A stretch of DNA of 50,145 nt from a virus (IMGVR_UViG_3300027680_000001:1-50145); one strand, 5' to 3'. Positions 25,756 through 36,497 are shown, counted from the first letter of the stretch. Numbers and translations: made by a program. The notes: a model not told the origin generated them from the letters alone.

Positions 25756-26058
25756 ATGACGAAGGTCAAGGTTGATCCTAGTTCTAGTTCTAGTAAGACG
25801 CATTTTAATATTCCTGCGAATTATCCAGTGTCTAAAGATATTGAAGATCGCAGATCTTCTACAGGAAAGACTAAGGGATTTAGCTTAAGAGAGGGTTATA
25901 GAGAGCTTGTTCAACAACCTATTGCGGATATAAAAGCAGTAGCGAGTGATATAAGAGAAGCTATATCTCCAAGCGGAAGCTTGAAAGGGTTTGAAAAAGA
26001 AGCGAGAGCAGCAAGAGATTTAGGAGGACCAAGAACGCCTCCTTATAAGGGGAAATAA
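25756..26058 (+). CDS. Hypothetical protein
   Basis: AGGAG RBS; between TerL and portal. Confidence 0.6.
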   Translation: MTKVKVDPSSSSSKTHFNIPANYPVSKDIEDRRSSTGKTKGFSLREGYRELVQQPIADIKAVASDIREAISPSGSLKGFEKEARAARDLGGPRTPPYKGK

Positions 26059-26113
26059 GAGCAGCGCAGCTGCGTTAGATTTAATGCAAAGAAGAAGAAG
26101 GAGTTAGAAATAA

Positions 26114-28054
26114 ATGCCCTATCAACCTCCCATATTGCTGCGCAAGAGCGAATGGGGAAAAGATGAATACGAAGATTTAGAGAAGTTTATCAAGGATAAA
26201 GTAAAGCATCTTGATATGAGGCTTACTGCGTTTAGGACGGAGAAGCTTCCAGAGTATGTGAGATTATATAAAGGGAGACCGAAGAATAAAGAAGTAGATT
26301 GGCCTTGGCCCGGAGCTGCGAATTTAGTCATTCAGCTCATAGGGACTTTTAGCGATGAACTACTCTCGCGAATAATAGGCGCAATTTGGCTTTATGATCC
26401 TCTTTGGTTCGCAACAATAGGAGGCGACATCCCGGAGAAAAATGGGAACGATCAAAAGCAAGTTTTAGAAAAATTCTTAATGGATATGGCATATAGTCCA
26501 GAAGAGCTGGACTTATATAGAGTAGAGCAAGCTGCCGATCATTCTGCTATTAAGTATGGAACGGGGCTTGTTTATACTCCATATGAGTATGAACAAGAAA
26601 TAGAGTACGTTTATATAGGAGGAGGGGAAGGAGCTTCACTCCCGCAGGGAGAGCCGAGAGAGGTGACTCGGAGGGATGGCCCACATCCTGAGCTTCTTCC
26701 CCTCAATAGATTTATCTTTGATCCATCTGTTCCAGCGTTAGCGAATATGAAATTCTATGGTTTTATAGAGCCTCTTGATTATTGGGATATAAAGAATTTG
26801 CCCTCGAAGAGTCCGTACTATAAGGATGCGGATATAGAGCAGATGCTTAATAGTCCAGATGCGGTGCAAGAGAGTGAGATGGAAAGGGAGATTAATGAGC
26901 AATTTTCATTTGGGAGTGGTATAGATACAGGCTCGGCAAGATGGTATATTTATAATTTATTTTTCAAATACACAAAGGATCAGAAAACTTACTCTCTCTG
27001 CGCGAAGTATTGGAAGCATGAAGAAAAGATTCTATATATTACATATAATAATTATCCAGATAATATTGTACCAATTGAAGATGTTAAAATGGCGTATGAT
27101 GATGAGACGTATCTTGGTATGGGATACGCAGAGATGCTACATTCGTATCAAAAAGAGTTATCTAATAATTCTAATTGGCGAACAAATAATCGTAACTACG
27201 CAATGATGGGGGTGTGGCGTGTTTCACCGGAGAGCAAACTCTCAAGTATTCTCGAATTTTATCCAGGTGTTGCGGTTCCTGCAAAAGAAGGGGAGATTGA
27301 GTTACTTAAACCCGGAGCAGACGTTGGTTATAACGACGGCCCTGATCAATTTATATCAGCTCTTGCCAAGGAGCGAGCAGGAGTTGATCCTGCGATTGGA
27401 GGGACGGGAGGTGGGATTGTAAATCCTAAGAGAGGAATTTATAGCGCAGCAGGAACTTCAATGGTGATGATGCAGCAGAATAATCGTAATAATCTACGAA
27501 CTGCAGATATGAGAACGTTTCATACAAGATTGGGAATTAAATTCTTAAAGATGTACTCTCATTGGGGAATAGGCTCACGCTTGAAGAATTATGGCTCAAA
27601 CGCAGATTCGCTTAGGAAGGCTTTAGATAATTTCAAAAATGGAACGCTGGGCTTACGCTTACGTCCAGCGAATGCTATGTATAATAGAGAGATGGAAAAA
27701 CAGAATGATATTCTTCTTGGCGATAAACTCGGTGCGTGGGTTCAAGCGCAGGCGCAGATTATAGAAGCTATTATGAATCCTCAAATACCTCCACCTCTCA
27801 AGCTTTATTATTCTCAAGCGCTTATAGCTAATAGGCTATTAATGATGGATCTACTGCGTTCTTTTAATAAGGATAATGTAGATTCACTTCTTCCACAGAT
27901 TAAAGACATTCTCGCAATGTCAGCGCAAGCGCAAGGTGCTTTAGGAGCAGGAAATGCAAATCAACCGGATGGAAGACCTAATCCCACACAAGGCGTCCCT
28001 CAAGGAGCTGTACAGCCTGGAGGAGTTCCAAGTGCTCAAGGACTTCCTATGTAG
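26114..28054 (+). CDS. Portal protein (podovirus-type)
   Basis: 646 aa after TerL; WPWPGAANL, AIKYGTG, YLGMGYAEML, SAAGT; Q/G/P-rich tail. Confidence 0.85.
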   Translation: MPYQPPILLRKSEWGKDEYEDLEKFIKDKVKHLDMRLTAFRTEKLPEYVRLYKGRPKNKEVDWPWPGAANLVIQLIGTFSDELLSRIIGAIWLYDPLWFATIGGDIPEKNGNDQKQVLEKFLMDMAYSPEELDLYRVEQAADHSAIKYGTGLVYTPYEYEQEIEYVYIGGGEGASLPQGEPREVTRRDGPHPELLPLNRFIFDPSVPALANMKFYGFIEPLDYWDIKNLPSKSPYYKDADIEQMLNSPDAVQESEMEREINEQFSFGSGIDTGSARWYIYNLFFKYTKDQKTYSLCAKYWKHEEKILYITYNNYPDNIVPIEDVKMAYDDETYLGMGYAEMLHSYQKELSNNSNWRTNNRNYAMMGVWRVSPESKLSSILEFYPGVAVPAKEGEIELLKPGADVGYNDGPDQFISALAKERAGVDPAIGGTGGGIVNPKRGIYSAAGTSMVMMQQNNRNNLRTADMRTFHTRLGIKFLKMYSHWGIGSRLKNYGSNADSLRKALDNFKNGTLGLRLRPANAMYNREMEKQNDILLGDKLGAWVQAQAQIIEAIMNPQIPPPLKLYYSQALIANRLLMMDLLRSFNKDNVDSLLPQIKDILAMSAQAQGALGAGNANQPDGRPNPTQGVPQGAVQPGGVPSAQGLPM

Positions 28055-28280
28055 TTTGAGACAGCAGAAAGAAAGTGAGATCTGGGCGTATCAACAGAAT
28101 TTTAACGGAAAAGAGCCAAAGAATGCTGAGCAGGTGAGAGTTGATATGGCAGTGGCGATCTCGCAAAGAAATATGCTCGCGATGTTAGAGAATCTTCCAG
28201 TAGCTGTAGCTGCGATGGAACAAGTGTTTGAAGCGCAAAAGAAGCAAGCTGTAGCGTTTGCTGAAGCGCAGAAAGGATAA
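27954..28280 (+). CDS. Small helical protein after portal
   Basis: Typical position; AGGA RBS. Confidence 0.6.
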   Translation: MQINRMEDLIPHKASLKELYSLEEFQVLKDFLCSLRQQKESEIWAYQQNFNGKEPKNAEQVRVDMAVAISQRNMLAMLENLPVAVAAMEQVFEAQKKQAVAFAEAQKG

Positions 28281-28285
28281 AGAAC

Positions 28286-29008
28286 ATGGCTTTATTAAGT
28301 TGGATGAAGAAAGATGAGCAGAAGGATGGGAAGGATCAGGTTGAGATTAAGCTTGATGAGGAGACGCAGAAGAAGCTTGATAAATCACTTACTTTTGGCG
28401 ATGATTTAGCAAAGATGCGAGAGCAATTAAATGGTTTGAGTGGGATTCAAGCGTATATTGAAGAGCAGAAAAGAGAGAGAGAAGCTGCCGCTGAAGTAGC
28501 GCGCAGGAAGATTCAAGCTGACTCTCAAGCTCAAACTGATGAGGAACTTCAGAATCTTATTCTCACAGATCCAGCGGCAGCGATTAAGAAAGGCACGCAG
28601 GATCAAACAATGGCAATTCTCACTCTTCGCGCGGATAATGTACGAAGAGAGACTTTTGAGAATACTGAGAAATTTCAATATTACACAGGGGATGTTAAAA
28701 ATGAAATCGATAAACTCCTCTCTGTTCAAAGCATCCAGGCGAGAAACGATCCCTCTGTTGTCGAAAACTGTTATTGGACCGTCCTTGGAAAGCATTCTGA
28801 AGAAATTAGAGAAGGCAAACTTAAAAACCGCTTTGCTTCTGCTAGTGCTGCGCGAGGAACTACAAGCGGAGATGCTGGAGCAGGAGCTGGAAAAGAGCAT
28901 GAAGCGTTAGAAATAAATGACGATATTCGTAAAGCTGCGAAGTTTGCCGGAATGACACCGGAAGATTATGCTAAAATGTGCTACGATCAAGGAGTAGGGT
29001 ATGTCTAG
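28286..29008 (+). CDS. Putative capsid scaffolding protein
   Basis: Coiled-coil, charged; C-terminal AAKFAGMTPEDYAK motif typical of scaffolds. Confidence 0.7.
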   Translation: MALLSWMKKDEQKDGKDQVEIKLDEETQKKLDKSLTFGDDLAKMREQLNGLSGIQAYIEEQKREREAAAEVARRKIQADSQAQTDEELQNLILTDPAAAIKKGTQDQTMAILTLRADNVRRETFENTEKFQYYTGDVKNEIDKLLSVQSIQARNDPSVVENCYWTVLGKHSEEIREGKLKNRFASASAARGTTSGDAGAGAGKEHEALEINDDIRKAAKFAGMTPEDYAKMCYDQGVGYV

Positions 29009-29651
29009 TGAACAGATTAAAAGAGAAGCTGCCGGGCTGCCTCCGGCAAAGCCTGCCACTCCTTCTCCTGCTGATATGGCCGCTTCTTTGGCTACTGCTG
29101 GCGTTACTCCTGAAACTCTTGAAGATGTTATCAATAAGATCTTAAATGAACGCAAAGCTCAAGCCATTGCGAAAGTTACAACTCCGAAAGAGCCTGATTA
29201 CAAGGCTCTTTCGGAGAAAGATATCTTAAACCCAGATATTTATATCCCTGTAATTGAGCATGATATTCCGGATTATATGAATGTAAAGCTTAAAGATGAT
29301 GAATACATTCCTATATGGGTGAATAGAGATCAGCGCCAATTAGGCGCAAAGCTTGCTGAAGGGTTTGAGTTGCTTCGTAAAGAGCATCTTCCTGAAGGAT
29401 ATATATCTCCTCTTAAGTTTGATTCTGAGGGAAATTACGTCTATCAAGATGTAATTTGTTGTAGAGTGCATAAAAGAATTCGTTTTGCTAGGATAAGAAG
29501 ATTCTTTGATATGAGTAAGAATCAATTGAAACCTGCTCAGGCGCAAGAGAACGCGAAGGGTAAGTTGATGGAACAGGTAATACTTGGAGATCCAGCGTTA
29601 GACGCTGCATTTGCGAGCGGAGCTTACAAGTTTTACCATACTGACACCTAA
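29001..29651 (+). CDS. Head-associated hypothetical protein
   Basis: Between scaffold and capsid; WVNRD..G.E motif. Confidence 0.6.
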   Translation: MSSEQIKREAAGLPPAKPATPSPADMAASLATAGVTPETLEDVINKILNERKAQAIAKVTTPKEPDYKALSEKDILNPDIYIPVIEHDIPDYMNVKLKDDEYIPIWVNRDQRQLGAKLAEGFELLRKEHLPEGYISPLKFDSEGNYVYQDVICCRVHKRIRFARIRRFFDMSKNQLKPAQAQENAKGKLMEQVILGDPALDAAFASGAYKFYHTDT

Positions 29652-29665
29652 AAGGAGGGAAGGAA

Positions 29666-30304
29666 ATGGCGAATGGACCGAATCTAGCTACGCACATCCC
29701 TATAATTCAGGTGCAGAATAAGGCGAACACAACTCCGTTCACTTATGCTCTACCTGAGAAGGCTGCGCAAACATTCTTGTTTGGAACTCCTCTTATGTTA
29801 AATGGAGGATATTCTCAAGCATGGGATGGATTATCATTTACAAATGCGATTCTGGGAATATCGGAGTCGTTTGGATTACAATTGGGTACAGATGGAGCGG
29901 GTTCTCCTACTCCTCCATGGGGAGGAATAACAACAGGATATTACGGTGGTGGAGTACCTCCGGCAATTTCAAACCAACCTTCTGCTGTAAGCATTCCACT
30001 TGGACAGCCTGTTTCGGATGGAAGAACTTTGTTCTTGTCTCCGGGGCAGGATAATGTATTTGAGGCGATTTTTGATACAACCAAAACTTCAATAGCTGCT
30101 GGAGATTATACTCCAACGCAAGCAGATATTGGAACGCTTTATGGTTTATCAAAAGATGGAAATGGATATTGGTATGTGGATAAATTTAAAACTGGAGGTA
30201 GTAGTTGTATTCAGATTGTTGGTATAAATCCAATAGATGGATTTATCGCAAATGCGCGTGTTCGTTTTGTATTTGTTCCAGCGAACGTAGTGCAAAGCTT
30301 CTAG
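29666..30304 (+). CDS. Putative capsid decoration/cement protein
   Basis: G/T/P-rich beta protein directly upstream of the major capsid gene. Confidence 0.55.
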   Translation: MANGPNLATHIPIIQVQNKANTTPFTYALPEKAAQTFLFGTPLMLNGGYSQAWDGLSFTNAILGISESFGLQLGTDGAGSPTPPWGGITTGYYGGGVPPAISNQPSAVSIPLGQPVSDGRTLFLSPGQDNVFEAIFDTTKTSIAAGDYTPTQADIGTLYGLSKDGNGYWYVDKFKTGGSSCIQIVGINPIDGFIANARVRFVFVPANVVQSF

Positions 30305-30338
30305 AAGATCCCTTCGGGATAGAGAGGAATAATGAGAA

Positions 30339-31298
30339 ATGCCTCAAGTTAGGGCGAAGTTTCCACAACTCATGCAGCCAGGATTGAAGAAGATTTATTT
30401 CGACAGTCTTGACTCACAGCTTAAGGCATCTGATTATCCGAAGGTCTTCAATGAAGAGAAATCGGACAGTCAGTATGAGCAAGAGCTGGAAATGGCAGGA
30501 ATTTCTGCACTTCAAGAGAAACCTGAAGATGCTTCAACTGCTTATACAGAGATGAAGCAGGGTGGATCAAAGAGATTTGTCCATTTAACATATTCTCTAG
30601 GAATTCGCACATCTAGAGAACTCTACGATGATGATAAATATGGTCTTACAGGAAAGAAAGGGCCACAATTATTGGCGCGTAGTGCTGCTTTTACGCAGGA
30701 AATGGTAGCGTGGAATGTGTTCAATCAAGGATTTACTTCATCTGTTTCCACAGTTGACGGAAATCCACTTTTCTATAATCAACATCCACTTATAGGCGGT
30801 CCATCTGCTACAGCATTAGCGCCTGGAGCAGCTGGAGTGGTATCTCTCGCAGGAACATGGCCTAATCGTCCTGCGGTTGATGTAGATTTCAGCGTAGCTG
30901 GTCTTCAACTTGCAACAAATCATGCAGCGCGCATGGTTGATAATATGGGATTTCCTATTCGTTTAAGATGGGAGAATCTCATAACTCCTCCAGAGCTTCG
31001 CTTCCTTGTGCGTGAGATTTTAGGATCTCCTGGCAAGCCGTATACAGCAGACAACACAATCAACTCACTCTTGCCTGAAGATTACAAGAACTTAGAAATT
31101 CCTTGGCTTAACAATCCAAGTAATTGGTATCTTGTAGCTACAAAGAGTGATCATTCTCTACGAGTATATCATCGCGAACGTCCTTCGACAGACTTCGATG
31201 ATGACTTTGACACTGATGCTATTAAGCAGAAGACTAGACTACGCATGAGTGCTGGAGCGACGCGTTGGCAAGGGTGCTGGGGCAGTCAAGGCCCTTAA
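30339..31298 (+). CDS. Major capsid protein (HK97 fold)
   Basis: 319 aa; KPE..Y..G, RELYDDD.Y, DG.PLF..HP, LITPPELRF, W.G.WGS.G terminus. Confidence 0.85.
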   Translation: MPQVRAKFPQLMQPGLKKIYFDSLDSQLKASDYPKVFNEEKSDSQYEQELEMAGISALQEKPEDASTAYTEMKQGGSKRFVHLTYSLGIRTSRELYDDDKYGLTGKKGPQLLARSAAFTQEMVAWNVFNQGFTSSVSTVDGNPLFYNQHPLIGGPSATALAPGAAGVVSLAGTWPNRPAVDVDFSVAGLQLATNHAARMVDNMGFPIRLRWENLITPPELRFLVREILGSPGKPYTADNTINSLLPEDYKNLEIPWLNNPSNWYLVATKSDHSLRVYHRERPSTDFDDDFDTDAIKQKTRLRMSAGATRWQGCWGSQGP

Positions 31299-31326
31299 GT
31301 ACTTGATTCTAAAGGGGTTAGGTCGC

Positions 31327-31355
31327 TTGACAAGCGGTTTCGGGATGTGTACCAT
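31327..31355 (+). promoter_or_regulatory. Sigma70-type promoter of the HNH cassette
   Basis: TTGACA-17-TACCAT; 25-bp IHF-like site at 31296-31320. Confidence 0.7.
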
Positions 31356-31377
31356 GCGATGCAGGGGGTACAATACG

Positions 31378-32025
31378 ATGGACGAAAGACGTAAGATATG
31401 TCCTGTCTGTAATGAAGACAAACCGATAAATGCGTTTCAACTTAACCCTGATGGATCAATTCGAAAGCATGTGTGTAAACTTTGTTATGGAAGAAAATGG
31501 AGAGCGCAGATTAAACTTGAGATGCTCAATACTTTTGGAAGAAAGTGTCAATGTTGTGGAGAGCGGAATCCTCAATTTCTAACACTCGATCATGTAAATA
31601 ATGATGGAGGAAAGCAAAGGGCAAAAAATAAAGAAGAGCACAATAGTACAAACATTGAGCTTATTTATCAGCAAGCTAGAAGAGAAGGCTGGCCGAAAGA
31701 TAAGTATCAATTGCTTTGTATGAATTGTAATTTTGCAAAAGGACATTGGGGAATTTGTCCCCATCAGAGCGCTTTGACTGCCGATGCTATTTATGTTGAG
31801 TTGGAGAGCAGAGTCTTTCCTAATACAGGTAAAAAGCATCAAAACATGAATCTTGAGCCTCTTAAGCTTGGTCCTCTTTCACGAAAACTTCCTGAAAAGG
31901 AAAGACATGAACACAGATTAGAGACTTTTAAAAAGTCTCACATAAAGAAACAGATTCTTGAGCTTCTCCAAAACATGTCCTCTGAACAAAGGGATGAGTT
32001 TTTGAAGAGAACGCAGGGTCCGTGA
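31378..32025 (+). CDS. HNH homing endonuclease
   Basis: CPVC..CKLC zinc finger; CQCCGE..LTLDHVNNDG..QLLCMNCNFAK; start moved downstream of the promoter. Confidence 0.85.
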   Translation: MDERRKICPVCNEDKPINAFQLNPDGSIRKHVCKLCYGRKWRAQIKLEMLNTFGRKCQCCGERNPQFLTLDHVNNDGGKQRAKNKEEHNSTNIELIYQQARREGWPKDKYQLLCMNCNFAKGHWGICPHQSALTADAIYVELESRVFPNTGKKHQNMNLEPLKLGPLSRKLPEKERHEHRLETFKKSHIKKQILELLQNMSSEQRDEFLKRTQGP

Positions 32026-32048
32026 GAAATTGTGCTCCTATAAGGAGC

Positions 32049-32092
32049 GCGGAGAGAGTAGTAACCTGCTCCCTATTCTCTCCGCTATTTTT
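32049..32092 (+). terminator. Intrinsic terminator after capsid/HNH
   Basis: 13-bp stem GCGGAGAGAGTAG/CTATTCTCTCCGC followed by TATTTTT. Confidence 0.7.
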
Positions 32093-32103
32093 CCAAGGTT
32101 TTT

Positions 32104-32367
32104 ATGTCCTATTTGGGTCTAAAGCGAAGCTTATTATCTGGCCCATGGCATTATTGTGCGCGCTGTGATCGTAAGACGCATATAGATGACATGAAATGGC
32201 AAAGAGGATTATTGCTTTGCAATGCTTATTGCGTGGATGAAGAGCTTTTAGGCCAACGCGATGTAAGAATCGCTCAAGTTCTTGGGGATGGGAAAGAGGA
32301 ATTTGTTCCTGTTCCTAAACTCAGGAATCCCGACACATTTATTGAGGAAGAAGACTTCATTATCTAA
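32104..32367 (+). CDS. Small zinc-finger protein
   Basis: CARC..GLLLCNAYC. Confidence 0.65.
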   Translation: MSYLGLKRSLLSGPWHYCARCDRKTHIDDMKWQRGLLLCNAYCVDEELLGQRDVRIAQVLGDGKEEFVPVPKLRNPDTFIEEEDFII

Positions 32368-32381
32368 AGAGGAGAGTTCAG

Positions 32382-33080
32382 ATGCCGAACACAGATCAGT
32401 ATTGGCAAGGGGATACTCCGTTTCTTGACCAAGAGATATTTGTTGGAGCTACGGAGTTTAAAGATTTAGCTGGTGTTGGAACCTTTGCTTCTGCGGGAGC
32501 AGGGTTACTTACGCTAAATCTAGCAACCGCTGCTGCTGGAAATTTCTTCGCAAATGTAACAGCAGCGCTAAAGAGGACGGGAGTTTTTGCAAATCCTGCA
32601 ATACAACAAGCGCAGTTTGGAACTTCAGCTTCATTGCCTGGACCTGTACAGGGATTACCAAATACAAATGATCCTGAAGGGATAAGAGGATTTCCTCCAT
32701 TCACAGCAGCGACATTGCCTACTTTAGTTGGCCCGAGATCTGGAACAGTCGCGAAAGGTATTCAAGTTAACTCTGTAGATATTCTCTATACCTTGAATAC
32801 TGTGAATGCTTCTTTAGCGCAGATTGGACTCACATATACGAATTTTGTTGATAATACCGCTGCGCTTCCGACTGTTACAAATCTTATCACTCTAGGCGCT
32901 AATGGAATGCCTACGGCGTTTAGAACAAATCTGTATCGCTTTAACGTCCCTGTTTCAACAGCAGTGATGATTACAGCGTTTGATTCAGAGCTTATTGCGA
33001 ATGTTAAAATAACCGCTGGATCTGGAGGTACAGTTAATTTTTATGGCTGTGTCTTTAAGTGCGCGTATAATTTCAATTAG
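32382..33080 (+). CDS. Putative virion structural protein
   Basis: GAGGAG RBS; A/G/T-rich beta protein in the late block. Confidence 0.6.
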   Translation: MPNTDQYWQGDTPFLDQEIFVGATEFKDLAGVGTFASAGAGLLTLNLATAAAGNFFANVTAALKRTGVFANPAIQQAQFGTSASLPGPVQGLPNTNDPEGIRGFPPFTAATLPTLVGPRSGTVAKGIQVNSVDILYTLNTVNASLAQIGLTYTNFVDNTAALPTVTNLITLGANGMPTAFRTNLYRFNVPVSTAVMITAFDSELIANVKITAGSGGTVNFYGCVFKCAYNFN

Positions 33081-33089
33081 GAGTTCTTT

Positions 33090-33371
33090 ATGGCAATTCC
33101 AGGAACTAATGACTATTCAGGAAGAATCCTGAGATTAGTTACCACAGGTACTATTCCCTTGGCGAATTTTAAAGTAAAGGGAGGATTGTGGACTGGGGGC
33201 ACTACTTCTGATGTATTTTCGCTTGTAGATGAAGCTGGAAGACAGTATGATTGGGTGTTTCCACAATATGGAAATGTCTCAATCTCAGAGATGGGATGGC
33301 TTTCCGGGCCTGTTACAATCACTTCTTTACCTCACGGAGAAGTGCAGTTATATCTTGGTACTGGAAAGTAA
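33090..33371 (+). CDS. Putative small virion protein
   Basis: AGGAG RBS; beta-rich 93 aa. Confidence 0.55.
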   Translation: MAIPGTNDYSGRILRLVTTGTIPLANFKVKGGLWTGGTTSDVFSLVDEAGRQYDWVFPQYGNVSISEMGWLSGPVTITSLPHGEVQLYLGTGK

Positions 33372-33410
33372 TATAGCTTCCCTGAGCGGGGAACCTTGAC
33401 GGAAGCATTT

Positions 33411-36098
33411 ATGGGACTCTTAAAAACAACCAAACTCGATAACGGAATGGTTGGGTTTGAGTGTATCTATGGAGGAATGGAGGCACCTTTCGGCGGGATT
33501 GATGCTTCTAATACTAATCCTAGATACATTGATCCTAAGTGTTTCGCAGATGCTTCCAATTTTTTAATTATAAATAATGAGCTATGTATACACACCTTAG
33601 TGTCTGTGTATATTCCAACTCCTGATCAAATTCCTTCAGCGGGAGCTTTTACATATCCTATATCTTCTACAGGCGCAAGCGCTATAAATCCATGTGTACT
33701 TCTAGGTGTTGGAAAGCTTCCATGTGAGGATGTGGTAAAGAATTGGGCACTCTATGTCAGTGCGGCGGCTGATTCTAATAATTATTGGTATTATCGTCTT
33801 ATATTGTGGCGTAATGATTTTTCAAGTATTCCTGTGGAATCTTATGATTGCTCTATTCTAGGGCAGCAGATTGTATCTTCAGGTACTCCTGCAACAGCGT
33901 CAATAAAATTCTCTTATGCTGCGGGAAATACACAGCCGAAGCATACAACTCTATCTCCTATTTGGGGACAGGGAGTACATTCAGTTCCTCCAGTAGTGAG
34001 TGGTGGATCTACTGTATATACTGCTGTATATAATGATCCTACTTATGGTCAAGTGTATTGGGATATGCCTTATCTTAAAAGTTCTGTTGGAGGAGTGCCT
34101 TTAGATGGGCATCTTCCTCCAACGACAGGGTATTCTCCTCGTATGGATACTCTCGTTGCAGGTAGAGCTTGGACAGCAAAAAATCCTACTATTCCAACAG
34201 GCGCAACAGTTATTCCAAACTTAGCAGATATTGCTCAAGCTTTTTTAGCAGCTTTTACATATAATACAGGAACATCATATTATCGTTATCCTTTTACAGT
34301 AGCATTAGATCCGGGAGATAATACGAGAATTATTCTTACAGCAGCGACAGGAACAGGACTTCCTGATGTAAGTGGTTCTAAGGGAAATAGTATAAGTTTG
34401 AGCTTAAATGGTCCTGAATTAGATCCTGGTGGATTTATGTTTGGATATATAAATGCAGCATTATTTTATGGATATGTTTTAACAACAGTTGCTGCACAGG
34501 ATGTAGTAGCCGGAGCATCAGGAAATTACAATCCAACTCCCGCAGCGCTTGTACCGAGTGCTTATATTGTGACAATAACTCCATTCTCAGGAGGAACTGA
34601 TTCGGGACAAGTTTTATACACAAATCAAGCAATTCAAGAATTAACGTATGAAACAATAGGAGATAGATTATTCTTTAGCGGTTGGCCTGCGGGATATATG
34701 CTTCAATTTAATAATACCACAAAGCAATTTGGTTCACTTACTACATATGAAGGGGCACGAGTTTTAAAGAAGATGGCGGGGCATCTTATTTCTGTGGGTT
34801 TAATTCCAGGACTTGATCCTAATGCGGGTAATGCTCCTGTTCAAATAACAGATGAGCATTTGTGGTTTTCATGGAGCGCAGAAGGGAGATATGAAGTATG
34901 GTATGCAGTGTTTCCTCCAACAGCGCAACCTCCAGATACTCCGGGAACTGTAACAGGAGCGGGAGGAGAGCAACTTATAGATATCTCAGACATGCTTACG
35001 GGAATAATTGTATCAAACTCTGTAGTGTTTATTCTAAGAGCAGAGGGACTCTCGTATGCTACTGTACAATCAAACGCTAGTTTGCCATTTGATGTAAGTC
35101 ATGTGGATCTTTGTAAAGATGGGCAAGGATGTCCAAGTACTGCGTTGTGGACACAGTTTGATCAGCTTGGATTCTATGTAGGAATGACAAATATATTTAT
35201 GTTACAGCAAAGTCCTCAAGCTATAGGAGATAAGATTATATGCACTCTATTTCCGCTTCTTTTTAATATGTCAAATAGATTAACAGATTCTCCAAGCTCT
35301 ATTTATAATTTGATTGGAGATCCTCCTCCTTTTAAAGATATATATTATAATAAAGTAAGTGTTGAGCCTTTAACATTTACTTCTAATATGAAAGAGAATA
35401 CTGCTTTTGCGATATCCTTAAATAGCATTATCTTTATGTTCTCGCCTTTAGATGGAACGTGGATGAAGTTAAACTGTGATCCTGTTCTACCTCCAGAGAC
35501 ATCAACTACAACATGGAGTATACTTAAAATCATTTCGCTTCCTTTATGGAGTACGATGGGATATAATGGATCTTATCAAACAAAACAAGCTTTAATTTAT
35601 GGACAACAGCTTGATGCGAGTGGGAATTATCATATTCCAGTGATGTATAATCTTTCGCCTAGATTCTATTCAACTACAACTCAAAGTGCGCATGTGTGGT
35701 TTCCGGCGGAGGAAATTTCTTTTGGAAGAGATATTACTATAGATGCACTTTATGTCTTAGCATCAGGCGCTCCGGGATTAGAGATAGATTTTCAAATAGA
35801 TGGTTGGCAAAAAGATCAGAATGGGAATTTTAGTTTTATAAGTGCTGCTTTTACAGGGAAACTTATATTTGATTCAAGTGCTGTTCCGGGGCTTTATCAA
35901 GAGTATCAGATATTTGATATAGCTACAGGTGGAGCTGTAACAATGAAGGCTCCACAGCTTAAGATGAATGTAAATCCACAAAGTTCTTGGGGAGGATATA
36001 CTCCTATTGTGGCTTATCCTGTATCTTCACAGCCTTATATTAAGGTTGCTAAAGTTGCTATGTTTGGCTCGTTTGATCCTAATCAGAGGCCGGTATGA
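33411..36098 (+). CDS. Putative tail hub/nozzle protein
   Basis: About 895 aa; PFGGID near the N-terminus, WFSWS, beta-propeller-like region; position before adaptor and ejection genes. Confidence 0.6.
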   Translation: MGLLKTTKLDNGMVGFECIYGGMEAPFGGIDASNTNPRYIDPKCFADASNFLIINNELCIHTLVSVYIPTPDQIPSAGAFTYPISSTGASAINPCVLLGVGKLPCEDVVKNWALYVSAAADSNNYWYYRLILWRNDFSSIPVESYDCSILGQQIVSSGTPATASIKFSYAAGNTQPKHTTLSPIWGQGVHSVPPVVSGGSTVYTAVYNDPTYGQVYWDMPYLKSSVGGVPLDGHLPPTTGYSPRMDTLVAGRAWTAKNPTIPTGATVIPNLADIAQAFLAAFTYNTGTSYYRYPFTVALDPGDNTRIILTAATGTGLPDVSGSKGNSISLSLNGPELDPGGFMFGYINAALFYGYVLTTVAAQDVVAGASGNYNPTPAALVPSAYIVTITPFSGGTDSGQVLYTNQAIQELTYETIGDRLFFSGWPAGYMLQFNNTTKQFGSLTTYEGARVLKKMAGHLISVGLIPGLDPNAGNAPVQITDEHLWFSWSAEGRYEVWYAVFPPTAQPPDTPGTVTGAGGEQLIDISDMLTGIIVSNSVVFILRAEGLSYATVQSNASLPFDVSHVDLCKDGQGCPSTALWTQFDQLGFYVGMTNIFMLQQSPQAIGDKIICTLFPLLFNMSNRLTDSPSSIYNLIGDPPPFKDIYYNKVSVEPLTFTSNMKENTAFAISLNSIIFMFSPLDGTWMKLNCDPVLPPETSTTTWSILKIISLPLWSTMGYNGSYQTKQALIYGQQLDASGNYHIPVMYNLSPRFYSTTTQSAHVWFPAEEISFGRDITIDALYVLASGAPGLEIDFQIDGWQKDQNGNFSFISAAFTGKLIFDSSAVPGLYQEYQIFDIATGGAVTMKAPQLKMNVNPQSSWGGYTPIVAYPVSSQPYIKVAKVAMFGSFDPNQRPV

Positions 36099-36484
36099 AG
36101 ACACTTAGTTCACAACATATGCAATGGAAGATTACGCCTGAGCATCTTAAATGGGCGCAGAATGTGGATAAAGCTCTTAATAGCAATATTGATATGGGAA
36201 TAGCTACGGGGACAGATTCAAGTGGAGTTTATAATAAATTTGAGCAGGGAAACTCTAGCGGAGTTCTTATAAGAATTGGCGCAAATAGTTCAAGCGAGCT
36301 AATTAAATGGGATAGTACAGGTGCTGTAACGATTCAGCATGGTTTAAAAAGACAGCCTATAGGGTTTAAGATTGTAGATAAGGATGCTACTGTAGATGTA
36401 TGGCGTACAGCAGTTCCTACAACTACAGCAATTTCATTGAAAGCTAGCTCTAACGCTGTGAATGTAACGCTTTACATCTTTTAG
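36095..36484 (+). CDS. Small tail-associated protein
   Basis: TIQHGLKRQP motif of tail-associated beta domains. Confidence 0.55.
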   Translation: MKTLSSQHMQWKITPEHLKWAQNVDKALNSNIDMGIATGTDSSGVYNKFEQGNSSGVLIRIGANSSSELIKWDSTGAVTIQHGLKRQPIGFKIVDKDATVDVWRTAVPTTTAISLKASSNAVNVTLYIF

Positions 36485-36497
36485 GAGTAGAGAGCTT

